Assembly (NCBI GenBank): GCA_021835845.1
Contig: JAKBJU010000007.1
Coordinates: forward strand, 9,559-73,558
Length of the DNA: 64,000 bases
Direction of reading: 5' to 3'
Source of the DNA: Pseudomonadota bacterium
GTDB taxonomy: Bacteria > Pseudomonadota > Gammaproteobacteria > Burkholderiales > JABEVD01
The notes beneath the pieces were generated by a model. It was not told the DNA's origin, made no database searches, and saw only the letters and a program-made list of their open reading frames with translations. The position numbers and the translations under genes are program-made. This document shows, piece after piece, positions 32,722 to 41,405 of this stretch (position 1 is the first letter of the stretch; each line of letters opens with the position of its first letter).

Positions 32722-33908
32722 AGCAGGTGCCGAATCGTTCGATCCCGGAAATTTTCCTGATTTTTCTCGGGCTGGGGATTTCGTCTTTCGGCGGACCTGT
32801 CGCTCATCTCGGGTACTTCAGGCGCGAATTCGTCGAAAAGCGAAAATGGCTGACCGAGCAGGCCTATTCCGACCTGGTCTCGCTTTGCCAATTTCTGCCC
32901 GGGCCTGCCAGCAGCCAGGTCGGCATCGCCCTGGGGCTTTCGCGCGGCGCAATTCCCGGCGCAGTCGCGGCATGGCTCGGCTTCACCCTGCCTTCGGCCT
33001 TGCTGCTGGTGCTCTTCGGCCTGGGACTGCCTTTCCTTGGAGAAATCCACGGCAACGGCTGGCTGCACGGACTCAAGGTGGTGTCGGTCGCCGTGGTGGC
33101 CCAGGCGATCTGGATCATGGCAAAGCCTATCGCCCGGGATAGCCTGCGCATGGCCATCGTTCTCGCTTCGGCGGCAACGGCAACGCTCTTTCCTTCCTCC
33201 GCCGGACAGATCTGCGCCATCGCAGGCGGGGGGCTTGCCGGGCTCGCATTGCCCGGGGCCTCCATCCTCCCCCACAGCCCCTTGCGCACCGCAGTGGGCC
33301 GCACCACCGGAACGGCGCTGCTTTCGCTTTTTTTCATCCTGCTGCTTGCCCTGCCCTTCCTGGCGACAGAGTCCGGAAGCTACGGCATCAGGCTGTTCGC
33401 CAGCTTTTACCGCGCGGGCGCCATGGTTTTCGGCGGCGGGCATGTCGTGCTGCCGCTGCTCCAGTCCCAGGTAGTGCCGAGCGGCTGGGTTTCCAACGAT
33501 TCATTCCTCGCCGGATACGGGGCGGCCCAGGCTGTTCCCGGACCGCTTTTCACCTTCTCGGCCTATCTCGGCGCCGTCTCGTCGGGGTCGCCTTCCGGCT
33601 GGGTCGGCGCGGGTATCGCACTGGTTGCGATTTTCCTGCCCTCATTTCTGCTCGTCGTCGGAATCCTCCCCTTCTGGGAAGAATTGCGCCGCATCGAGGC
33701 GCTGCAGAAAGCCATGCCAGGAATCAACGCGGCAGTCGTGGGGCTGCTGCTCGCCGCGTTCTACAATCCGGTATGGAAAACCGCGATCCTGAGCGGCACG
33801 GATTTCTTCATGGCTGCCGCCGTCTTTCTGCTGCTGACATTCGGGAAAGTGCCGCCCTGGCTGATGGTGATATTCACGGCAGCCATTGCGGAAGCATTGA
33901 GTCGATAA
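32718..33908 (+). CDS. chrA: Chromate efflux transporter (long-chain CHR)
   Basis: SFGGPVAHLG, QFLPGPASSQ, FGGGHVVLP, AQAVPGP. Confidence 0.93.
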   Translation: MKQVPNRSIPEIFLIFLGLGISSFGGPVAHLGYFRREFVEKRKWLTEQAYSDLVSLCQFLPGPASSQVGIALGLSRGAIPGAVAAWLGFTLPSALLLVLFGLGLPFLGEIHGNGWLHGLKVVSVAVVAQAIWIMAKPIARDSLRMAIVLASAATATLFPSSAGQICAIAGGGLAGLALPGASILPHSPLRTAVGRTTGTALLSLFFILLLALPFLATESGSYGIRLFASFYRAGAMVFGGGHVVLPLLQSQVVPSGWVSNDSFLAGYGAAQAVPGPLFTFSAYLGAVSSGSPSGWVGAGIALVAIFLPSFLLVVGILPFWEELRRIEALQKAMPGINAAVVGLLLAAFYNPVWKTAILSGTDFFMAAAVFLLLTFGKVPPWLMVIFTAAIAEALSR

Positions 33909-33963
33909 GCGACGGCGCCACGGGGCTGCCGAGCGAAGCCCCCTCATCGGCCGAGTCCCGATC

Positions 33964-33992
33964 CTGTCACAAAACCATCACAATTCTTTCAC
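33964..33992 (+). promoter_or_regulatory. Putative Pho box (three 11-bp-phased half sites)
   Basis: CTGTCAC-AAAA-CCATCAC-AATT-CTTTCAC resembles the PhoB consensus CTGTCAT-A(A/T)A(T/A), about 75 bp upstream of the receptor ATG. Confidence 0.7.
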
Positions 33993-34066
33993 GTTGCCCT
34001 AATTCTGGCTGCGTAAATTTCGCCCCACAAATTGGTTTTCTGTCAATTCTCAAAAGGGAGACGTGA

Positions 34067-36238
34067 ATGAAAAAGGAATTCGGTTTCAGGAAGAAGCTTA
34101 TCGCTCAACTGGTTTTCGGCAGCCTTCTTGCGACAGGCAACGCCTTCGCGCAGGATGCGGTAAATCTGGGTACGGTGCAGAGCAACGCCGGTGACGGCGG
34201 CGTCACCGGTCCAGGCACGGCATCCTATGTCGCGCCCACCCAGGGTTCTCTGGTCGCAACCCAGCCCCAGTCGATCATCAGCCAGCAGTATATCCAGCAA
34301 AATGCTTCCGCCACTTCGAACTACACCGACATCATCAACATCGCACCCAGCGTCTACAGCATCGATCCGAACGGCCCGGGCATGATGGAATCCCAGTCCG
34401 GCGGTCCGTACATCCGGGGCTTCCACGACGGGCAGTACAACGTGACGTTCGACGGCATCCCCTGGGGCGACTCCAACGACTTCACGCACCATACCACGTC
34501 CTACTTCATGGCCCAGGATCTGGGTGGAATCACGGTCGACCGCGGTCCCGGCGATGCCAGCAATATCGGCTATGCCACCTTCGGCGGCACCATCGCAGTC
34601 CAGTCCAAGAATCCCATGGCTTCGACCAACTTCAATCTCTACGGAACTGTCGGCAGCTGGAACACCAGAATGATGGGCGGCGAGTTCGACACCGGCGTGA
34701 TGCAGAACTACGGAGACAGCGCCGCGTTCATCGACTACCGGAAAGTCCAGACCGACGGATACCTGACCAACTCCAATCAGAATCGCGGCAACCTGTTCGT
34801 CAAGTTCGTGAAGCCGGTTTCCGACAACACGCTCCTGACCTTCGTGACCATGCAGAACACCGTTCACCAGAACGTTCCTTACGGTGCGACGCTTTCGACC
34901 ATTGCGCAGTACGGCAAGAACTATGGACTGAGCGCCAATCCATTGAGCCAGGACTATTACGGCTACAACTATGATTCGATCAACTCGGATTTTGAATACA
35001 TCGGCCTGAACACCACCCAGGGCAACTGGAAGATCGACAACAAGCTCTACACCTATGCCTATTACCACAACGGCTATAACGGCATGAATGTCGGGATCAA
35101 CCAGCCCAATGGAACGATTTATGGTGCGAACAATGTGCCAGGCGGCGAAATGTACATGAACTATCGCTCCTGGGGCGACATCCTGAAGACTTCCTATGCC
35201 GTCGGCAAGGACAGCATCGATGTCGGCGCCTGGATGGACCGCCAGAACAACAACCGCGGGGCATGGAACACGGATGCGACGCTCGGCAACGCATTCGTCA
35301 GCTGGAATGGCGGCAGACTGATGACCGACTCGCTGACCACCATCCAGCCCTATGCGCAGTACGAGTGGAAGGCAACGGATGCCCTGACCGTCACGCCCGG
35401 GGTGAAGTACACATCCTTCACCAGGACCATCAATGCCCCCATAAACAATGGCGGCAATCCAGCCTACAACGGTAGCCAGACCTGGGGCAAGGCACTTCCC
35501 TCTCTCGATGCGCATTACATGATCCAGCCAAACTGGAGCGCCTACGCCCAGTATGCCCAAGGCTTCCTGGCGCCCAATCTCAATGTCTTCTCCACAGCCA
35601 ATGGCACCCCGCTGCCCAGCGAGCTGAATCCCGAGACGACGCAGAACTTCCAGCTCGGCACGACCTGGAAGAGCAAGCAGCTCACCGTCTCCGGAGACGT
35701 CTACAAGATCGACTTCACCAACCAGGCTCAGGGCATTGCGTGCGGCGCCTATACCTGCTACCAGAACACCGGCGGGGTGAAGTACAACGGCGTAGAGGGC
35801 GAGGCGACCTACGTGATTGGCGGAGGCTTCAGCCTCTACGGCAACTATGCCATCAACAACTACTCGATGAGCACGGCAGGCGCCTCTCTCTATGATGTGC
35901 CGAAAAACACGGCAACCGCAGGGGTGATCTACAACCAAGGTCCCGCCTACGCCTCCCTGATCGCCAAGGAAATCGGCAGCCGCTACGGCTTTGCGCAGGA
36001 TGCCAACGGCAACCCGATCCCTTTCTCGAGCTTCACGGTGACCAACTTCAGCTCCAGCTACGACTTCAAGGGACTCGGCGGATGGGGCAAGGATGTCAAG
36101 GTCGGATTCCAGATCAACAACATCTTCAACTACAACAACATCTACGACTCGGCCGCCAACGACTCGACGACCAATGCGCCGATGTACTTCGTGTATCCCG
36201 AGCGCAACTACGAGCTGACCCTTTCAATCGACATGTGA
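34067..36238 (+). CDS. TonB-dependent outer-membrane receptor
   Basis: Signal peptide, plug motifs (YIRGF, TFDGIP, VDRGPG...ATFGG), amphipathic strands, INNIFN...PERNY end. Followed by exbB-exbD-tonB. Confidence 0.95.
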   Translation: MKKEFGFRKKLIAQLVFGSLLATGNAFAQDAVNLGTVQSNAGDGGVTGPGTASYVAPTQGSLVATQPQSIISQQYIQQNASATSNYTDIINIAPSVYSIDPNGPGMMESQSGGPYIRGFHDGQYNVTFDGIPWGDSNDFTHHTTSYFMAQDLGGITVDRGPGDASNIGYATFGGTIAVQSKNPMASTNFNLYGTVGSWNTRMMGGEFDTGVMQNYGDSAAFIDYRKVQTDGYLTNSNQNRGNLFVKFVKPVSDNTLLTFVTMQNTVHQNVPYGATLSTIAQYGKNYGLSANPLSQDYYGYNYDSINSDFEYIGLNTTQGNWKIDNKLYTYAYYHNGYNGMNVGINQPNGTIYGANNVPGGEMYMNYRSWGDILKTSYAVGKDSIDVGAWMDRQNNNRGAWNTDATLGNAFVSWNGGRLMTDSLTTIQPYAQYEWKATDALTVTPGVKYTSFTRTINAPINNGGNPAYNGSQTWGKALPSLDAHYMIQPNWSAYAQYAQGFLAPNLNVFSTANGTPLPSELNPETTQNFQLGTTWKSKQLTVSGDVYKIDFTNQAQGIACGAYTCYQNTGGVKYNGVEGEATYVIGGGFSLYGNYAINNYSMSTAGASLYDVPKNTATAGVIYNQGPAYASLIAKEIGSRYGFAQDANGNPIPFSSFTVTNFSSSYDFKGLGGWGKDVKVGFQINNIFNYNNIYDSAANDSTTNAPMYFVYPERNYELTLSIDM

Positions 36239-36246
36239 GAACCTGA

Positions 36247-36924
36247 ATGAATATCGAGACATTTCAACATGTGGCCGAATCTTCCGGCGGGATCATCTAC
36301 CTGATGGGGCTGCTGCTTCTGGTAGCCCTGACGGTAGCCATCGAACGCAGCTGGTATCTCTGGAAGGTAATCACGCAGGGCAAGCAGGTCATGTCCCAGC
36401 TCGAAGCGGCGTCGAAAGTAGAGCATCAAACGCTGGAGCATCTGGGAGAAAGCTTTTCCCAGCTGCCCCATGCCAGGGTGCTGACGGTCGCTTTGCAGCA
36501 TGACCTCAACCATGACTTCGAACGGATTTCAGACAAGCTGGAGGAATCCATCATGAGAGAGGCCCCCGGAATCGACCGCCACCTCTGGGTACTGGACACG
36601 ATCGTGACCATGGCGCCGCTGCTCGGATTGCTCGGCACCATCATCGGCATGTTCAACGCCTTCCAGGTGCTGGGAGACCCAGGCAATGCCCCGACCAAGG
36701 TGACAGGGGGTGTGGCCGAGGCATTGCTCGCCACCGCTTCGGGCCTCTTCATCGCAATCCTGGGCCTGTTCTTCTTCAACGCACTGAGCAACCGGGTGCG
36801 GGTCATCATGCATCAGCTCGAAACGCTGAAAGTGATGCTGGTGAACCGCATGTATCCGCATTACCACGACGCCCCGAAAAGGAATGGCAAGACCATTTCC
36901 GAAATCAGATCGCAGGCAGCCTAG
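36247..36924 (+). CDS. exbB: ExbB/MotA/TolQ proton channel
   Basis: APLLGLLGTIIGM, GVAEALLATASGL. Confidence 0.92.
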   Translation: MNIETFQHVAESSGGIIYLMGLLLLVALTVAIERSWYLWKVITQGKQVMSQLEAASKVEHQTLEHLGESFSQLPHARVLTVALQHDLNHDFERISDKLEESIMREAPGIDRHLWVLDTIVTMAPLLGLLGTIIGMFNAFQVLGDPGNAPTKVTGGVAEALLATASGLFIAILGLFFFNALSNRVRVIMHQLETLKVMLVNRMYPHYHDAPKRNGKTISEIRSQAA

Positions 36925-36925
36925 C

Positions 36926-37312
36926 ATGAAATATTTCGAAACCAAGAAGGCCAGGATAGAGATCATCCCCATGATCGACATCATGTTCTTCCTGCTGGTC
37001 TTCTTCATCATGATCACGCTGCACATGATCCCCTCTTCGGGGATCCCATCCAGCCTTTCCAAAAGCTCGACCGCCACGCCGCTCAACCAGCCCAAAGTGG
37101 TTCTGAGCGTCGATGGGCAGGGAAACATCGGCTTCGACGGCAGAACGGTCGGTCCGTCCGAACTGACCGCCATGCTGCAGCAGAAGGGCCCCAATACCGT
37201 CGTCACCATAGCGGGAGCGAAGGACACTTCGCTCCAGCATCTGATGGCGGTGATGGACGCATGCCGCGCCGCAGGGGTCACCCAGATCGGGCTGGCAGCC
37301 CGCAAAGAGTAG
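36926..37312 (+). CDS. exbD: ExbD biopolymer transport protein
   Basis: IEIIPMIDIMFFLLVFF. Confidence 0.92.
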   Translation: MKYFETKKARIEIIPMIDIMFFLLVFFIMITLHMIPSSGIPSSLSKSSTATPLNQPKVVLSVDGQGNIGFDGRTVGPSELTAMLQQKGPNTVVTIAGAKDTSLQHLMAVMDACRAAGVTQIGLAARKE

Positions 37313-37319
37313 GGCGATC

Positions 37320-37949
37320 ATGAGGTTCGCACTTTCCAGATCAGCCCTGATCGCGCTCGCGCTAGAAATCCTGATCATCGCAGTTTTTGCCATGGCCCTG
37401 GAGCGGCATCCCGCCCAGAAAGAACCCGAGCAGCCCCCAGTCATGCTGACCTTCCCTGCGCCTCCCGAGCCGCCCAAGCAGGAGAAGCCGCCCAAGCAGG
37501 AGAAGCCGGTTTCCAGGCCCAAGCCCGTGCATCACCAGCAACCCAGACCGGATCCCGTACAGCAGCCGAAGATCGCCGATGCTGCGCCTTCGCCGACCCA
37601 GGCACCGGCATTGCCGCCCGACCCGCCCAAGGTCGAGAGTCCCGCCCCGGCACCGGACATCACGGCATCCTTCCGCAGCGCCGTAAAGGCCTCGGTACAG
37701 GCTGCGGTGCGTTACCCATATGCCGCAAGGATGGCGCATGTCTCAGGAAAGGCTCTGGTTTCCTTCTCCTACCATGACGGCACGGCAAGCCATGTGTCGA
37801 TCATCGCATCCAGCGGCTATGCCATGCTCGACAATGCCGCAAGGCAGGCTGTCGAAACAGCTTCCTATCCCCCTCCGCCTCCCGATCTGGCCGGAAGAAC
37901 CTTGCAGTTCCAGGTATGGGTGCGATTCAACCAGAACCAGGCGCAGTAA
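37320..37949 (+). CDS. tonB: TonB energy transducer
   Basis: N-terminal TM, Pro-rich linker, RYP..AR...SG, SSG..LD.AA. Confidence 0.9.
   Translation: MRFALSRSALIALALEILIIAVFAMALERHPAQKEPEQPPVMLTFPAPPEPPKQEKPPKQEKPVSRPKPVHHQQPRPDPVQQPKIADAAPSPTQAPALPPDPPKVESPAPAPDITASFRSAVKASVQAAVRYPYAARMAHVSGKALVSFSYHDGTASHVSIIASSGYAMLDNAARQAVETASYPPPPPDLAGRTLQFQVWVRFNQNQAQ
37468..37508 (+). repeat. 18-bp tandem duplication in the TonB linker (PPKQEK x2)
   Basis: AGCCGCCCAAGCAGGAGA occurs twice in exact tandem. Confidence 0.85.
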
Positions 37950-37950
37950 C

Positions 37951-39300
37951 ATGAAGTATCTGATGCCGATCTTCGCGCTCCTGGCTGCGGCATCTTTCCG
38001 GACGGCAGACGCAAGTCCGCAGGACAGGATCTACGCGGCCTATGTGCTGCTCGGGAACAACGGACAGGGCATTGCCCGGGTCATAACCGATGCGCCGGCC
38101 TGCCCGGACGTGAGATTCGACGGGAAGCCGGAAAGAATGCAGCTCAGGGCCTCCCCTGCAGACGTTCCGGCACGCCCCGGCTCGCTCAAGGATGCAAAGT
38201 TTCCCGTGCTGGTCTGCGAAGCGAAATTGCCGGTCCATGTCGGACATGTCAGCATCGCAGGAAAGGCGCTGCCCGTTCCCAGAAGAAATCCGCAGCGCAT
38301 CGTCGTCATCGGGGATACGGGTTGCCGCATGAACCAGTCGGAGCACGCCTTCCAGTCCTGCACCGATCCGGAAAAATGGGCGTTCCGGCAGATCAGCGCG
38401 GCAGCCGCAGCCTTCAAGCCCGATCTCGTGATCCATGTCGGCGACTACCTTTACCGGGAAAGCCCCTGCCCGAAAGGAGCGGACGGGTGCACAGGCAGCC
38501 CGTGGGGCTACGGATTCGACTCGTGGCAAGCCGATTTCTTCGATCCCGCAAAACGGCTCCTTGCGGCTGCCCCATGGGTCATGGTGCGCGGCAACCACGA
38601 ATCCTGCATTCGCGCAGGCCAGGGATGGTTCCGCTTTCTCGATACGCAACCCTTTGCTCCATCGAGATCCTGTGACAATCCCGAAAACGATGCCCGGGGA
38701 GACTTCAGCGAACCCTACGCGGTGCCGATCGCTGGCGATACGCAACTGATCGTGTTCGATTCGTCGAAAGCCGCCAGTTCGGCATACTCTCCCGAAGACG
38801 GCGCCTATCAGCGCTACCTGTCCCAGTTCCGCAAAGTGGATGCACTGGCCGGCAGGATGCCGCACAGCTTCTTCCTCAGCCATCATCCGGTGCTTGCTTA
38901 CGCTCAGGAGAACGAGACGACCCAGCCCGGAAATCGTGCCCTGCAATCCGTCATGCAGGCGCTTCACCCGGCACGCCTCTTTTCGCCCGGCATCGATGCA
39001 GCGTTTCACGGCCATGTCCATCTTTTCGAGGCGCTCGACTTTTCTGACGATCACCCCGCCACTGTAGTGACCGGAAATTCCGGAACTGCAACCGACCATC
39101 CGCTCCCGAAAACACTGCCCGAAGGCGAACAGCCGGCTCCGGGGGCAATGGTGAGCCGAATCGTTTCGGATTCGGAGGTCGGCTTTCTCACCATCGAGCG
39201 CACCGGCAAACAATGGCTGATAACCGAACGAAACCGCTACGGCAAACCGCAGGTGCGCTGCACCCTGCGCGGCCAGTCCCTGCTTTGTGCCAGACTGTAG
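37951..39300 (+). CDS. Secreted calcineurin-like metallophosphoesterase with purple-acid-phosphatase motifs
   Basis: Signal peptide (..RTADA/S), GDTG, GDYLY, GNHE, SHHP, GHVH. Confidence 0.88.
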   Translation: MKYLMPIFALLAAASFRTADASPQDRIYAAYVLLGNNGQGIARVITDAPACPDVRFDGKPERMQLRASPADVPARPGSLKDAKFPVLVCEAKLPVHVGHVSIAGKALPVPRRNPQRIVVIGDTGCRMNQSEHAFQSCTDPEKWAFRQISAAAAAFKPDLVIHVGDYLYRESPCPKGADGCTGSPWGYGFDSWQADFFDPAKRLLAAAPWVMVRGNHESCIRAGQGWFRFLDTQPFAPSRSCDNPENDARGDFSEPYAVPIAGDTQLIVFDSSKAASSAYSPEDGAYQRYLSQFRKVDALAGRMPHSFFLSHHPVLAYAQENETTQPGNRALQSVMQALHPARLFSPGIDAAFHGHVHLFEALDFSDDHPATVVTGNSGTATDHPLPKTLPEGEQPAPGAMVSRIVSDSEVGFLTIERTGKQWLITERNRYGKPQVRCTLRGQSLLCARL

Positions 39301-39349
39301 CCAAATGGCGCTCGACTTGCTCTGCTTCATGGTAGGATAAGGACCCTCA

Positions 39350-40018
39350 ATGGAGCTGAATATGCGCGTCCTGATTGTCGAAGACGATCCCATGATCGGC
39401 CGGAATCTCGCCCTGGCGCTGAAGGAAGCCGGCCTGATCGCGGACTGGGTTCAGGACGGCATCCAGGGGCTGGAGGCTGCCAAAACCGGGCATTATGCCG
39501 TGGTTCTGCTCGATCTGGGATTGCCCCGGAAATCCGGAACGGACGTGCTGAAATCGATGCGTGACAGCGGGATCGACACGCCGCTCCTCATTGTCACCGC
39601 AAGGGACGGCATCGATGATCGCGTCGAAGGGCTGGATCTTGGCGCCGACGATTATCTCATCAAGCCTTTCAGCTTCAAGGAACTGCTGGCAAGGATACGC
39701 GCGATCCTGCGCAGGCAGGGGGGGCACGCCGCATCGCTCATCGGCAACGGTGAAATCACCCTCAACCTGGCATCCCACGAGGCCACCTACCGGGGCAAGA
39801 CCCTGGCCCTTTCGGCCAAGGAATTCGCACTGCTGCACACCCTCGTCGCCCATCCCGGAACGATCTATTCGCGCAGTCAGATCGAGGAGCATATCTACGG
39901 ATGGGGCGAGGAAGTCGAAAGCAATGTCGTCGACGTAATCATCCATTACTTGCGCAGGAAATTCGACAGCGAAATCATCCGCAATGTGCGCGGCATCGGC
40001 TGGATGGTGGTGAAATGA
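39350..40018 (+). CDS. OmpR-family response regulator (QseB/PmrA-like)
   Basis: VEDD, LLDLGLP, GADDYLIKPF, winged helix RNVRGIG. Alternative start at 39362. Confidence 0.94.
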   Translation: MELNMRVLIVEDDPMIGRNLALALKEAGLIADWVQDGIQGLEAAKTGHYAVVLLDLGLPRKSGTDVLKSMRDSGIDTPLLIVTARDGIDDRVEGLDLGADDYLIKPFSFKELLARIRAILRRQGGHAASLIGNGEITLNLASHEATYRGKTLALSAKEFALLHTLVAHPGTIYSRSQIEEHIYGWGEEVESNVVDVIIHYLRRKFDSEIIRNVRGIGWMVVK

Positions 40019-41355
40019 ACTCCCTGAAGAAGCAGCTCATCATTCTGCTGGTCGGACTGCTGAGCATAGTCGGCATGCTCGCCGGCAGCATTTCCTACAT
40101 GCTCGCAAAGAACGACGCCGGCGAATTGCTCGACCATCAGATGCGCGAGGTCGCCCGGAGCATCGACGAAGGCTCACAGCTTCCCGCGATGCAGGCCAGA
40201 TTCTTCTCCGAAACCGAGGAAGAACGGGAAAGCGATTTCGTCATCCAGTCGTGGTATGAAAGTGAACCGGTCAAGTCATCCCGGCCCGGTTTCATCTTGC
40301 CCAGGGAAAACAAGACCGGGTTTTCCGACCTCACGATGCATGGCAAGAAATGGCGAACCTATACCATCATCTACCCCGATCGCACCGTGCAGGTTTCCCT
40401 GTCAGGGGACGTCCGCCGGGAAATCGCTACCGCTGCCGCCCTGCGTTCGGTATTGCCCATAGCCGGGCTGATCCCGCTTTCCTGGATTCTCGTGGCCGTG
40501 GTTGTCGGGCGCATCCTCAAACCGCTGGACGCCGTCACGGCGGCCGCGACCCAGCGGGATGCTTCGAGCCTCGACCCATTGCCTGCCGAAAACATCCCGC
40601 AGGAAATCGCTCCCCTGATCGCAGAAATGAATGCCCTGCTGCTGCGTCTCGGGGATGCGCTCGAATCGCAGCGCCAGTTCGTGTCGAATGCCGCGCATGA
40701 ACTGCGCACGCCGCTCGCCGCACTTCAGCTGCAGATCGAGAATCTTTACCTTTGCCAGTCCCGGGAGGACATGGATGCCCGCATCGGGGAATTGAAAGCC
40801 GGCGTTCACCGCGCTTCCCACCTCGTCAACCAGCTGCTGAGAATGGCTCGCTTCGAAGCGGAAAATGCGCCTTCCAGGCATAATGCCGATCTCGGCCAGA
40901 TCGTAAAAGCCTGCATCGGCAGCCTCATTCCGCTTGCCGAAAAAAAGGGCATAGACCTAGGCATGGTGCGCGACGAGACGGTCGTCATTCAGGCAAATTC
41001 GGATGCATTGCGCATCCTGTTCGACAATCTCATCGACAACGCCATACGCTATACGCCGTCCAATGGCAGGATCGACGTCAGCGTGATTTCGGCAGGGAAA
41101 AAGGCTTATGTGGAAATCGCCGACAACGGCCCCGGCATCCCAGAGCATCTGCTGCCGCGCGTCTTCGACCGTTTTTTCAGGGCGAGCGGCCAAGTGATCG
41201 AAGGGAGCGGCATCGGGCTTGCCATCGTGAAGGCGATAGCGGACCGGGAATCAGCCGAAGTCACCCTGTCCAACAGGACAGACGGGACCGGTCTGATTGC
41301 GAAGGTCGCGCTTTCGATGCCCTTGAGGTCGGACAGAAAGAATGGAGTCCAATGA
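40015..41355 (+). CDS. Sensor histidine kinase (QseC/PmrB-like); the last ~10 codons come from an IS end
   Basis: Two TMs, AAHELRTPL, NLIDNAIRY, DNGPGI, GSGIGL. Confidence 0.93.
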   Translation: MNSLKKQLIILLVGLLSIVGMLAGSISYMLAKNDAGELLDHQMREVARSIDEGSQLPAMQARFFSETEEERESDFVIQSWYESEPVKSSRPGFILPRENKTGFSDLTMHGKKWRTYTIIYPDRTVQVSLSGDVRREIATAAALRSVLPIAGLIPLSWILVAVVVGRILKPLDAVTAAATQRDASSLDPLPAENIPQEIAPLIAEMNALLLRLGDALESQRQFVSNAAHELRTPLAALQLQIENLYLCQSREDMDARIGELKAGVHRASHLVNQLLRMARFEAENAPSRHNADLGQIVKACIGSLIPLAEKKGIDLGMVRDETVVIQANSDALRILFDNLIDNAIRYTPSNGRIDVSVISAGKKAYVEIADNGPGIPEHLLPRVFDRFFRASGQVIEGSGIGLAIVKAIADRESAEVTLSNRTDGTGLIAKVALSMPLRSDRKNGVQ

Positions 41356-41367
41356 TTCTGTAAAATG
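41324..41367 (+). repeat. Orphan IS3-family left-end (IRL) fragment
   Basis: TGAGGTCGGACAGAAAGAATGGAGTCCAATGATTCTGTAAAATG is nearly identical to the reverse complement of 42599-42641. Confidence 0.85.
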
Positions 41368-41405
41368 AGAGGTGAGGTCGGACGGATTTCATGGAGTCCA
41401 ACGGG

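Noticed and set aside
33959-33970. CGATCCTGTCAC matching the tRNA-Lys(CTT) T-arm as a possible second att site
   Set aside because: It is inverted relative to the tRNA, whereas att sites are direct repeats. It is only 12 bp, plausible by chance, and overlaps the Pho-box-like repeat.
41261-41405. C-terminal extension of the transposase ORF in the track
   Set aside because: It results from the 1-bp deletion; the homologous stop is at 41406.
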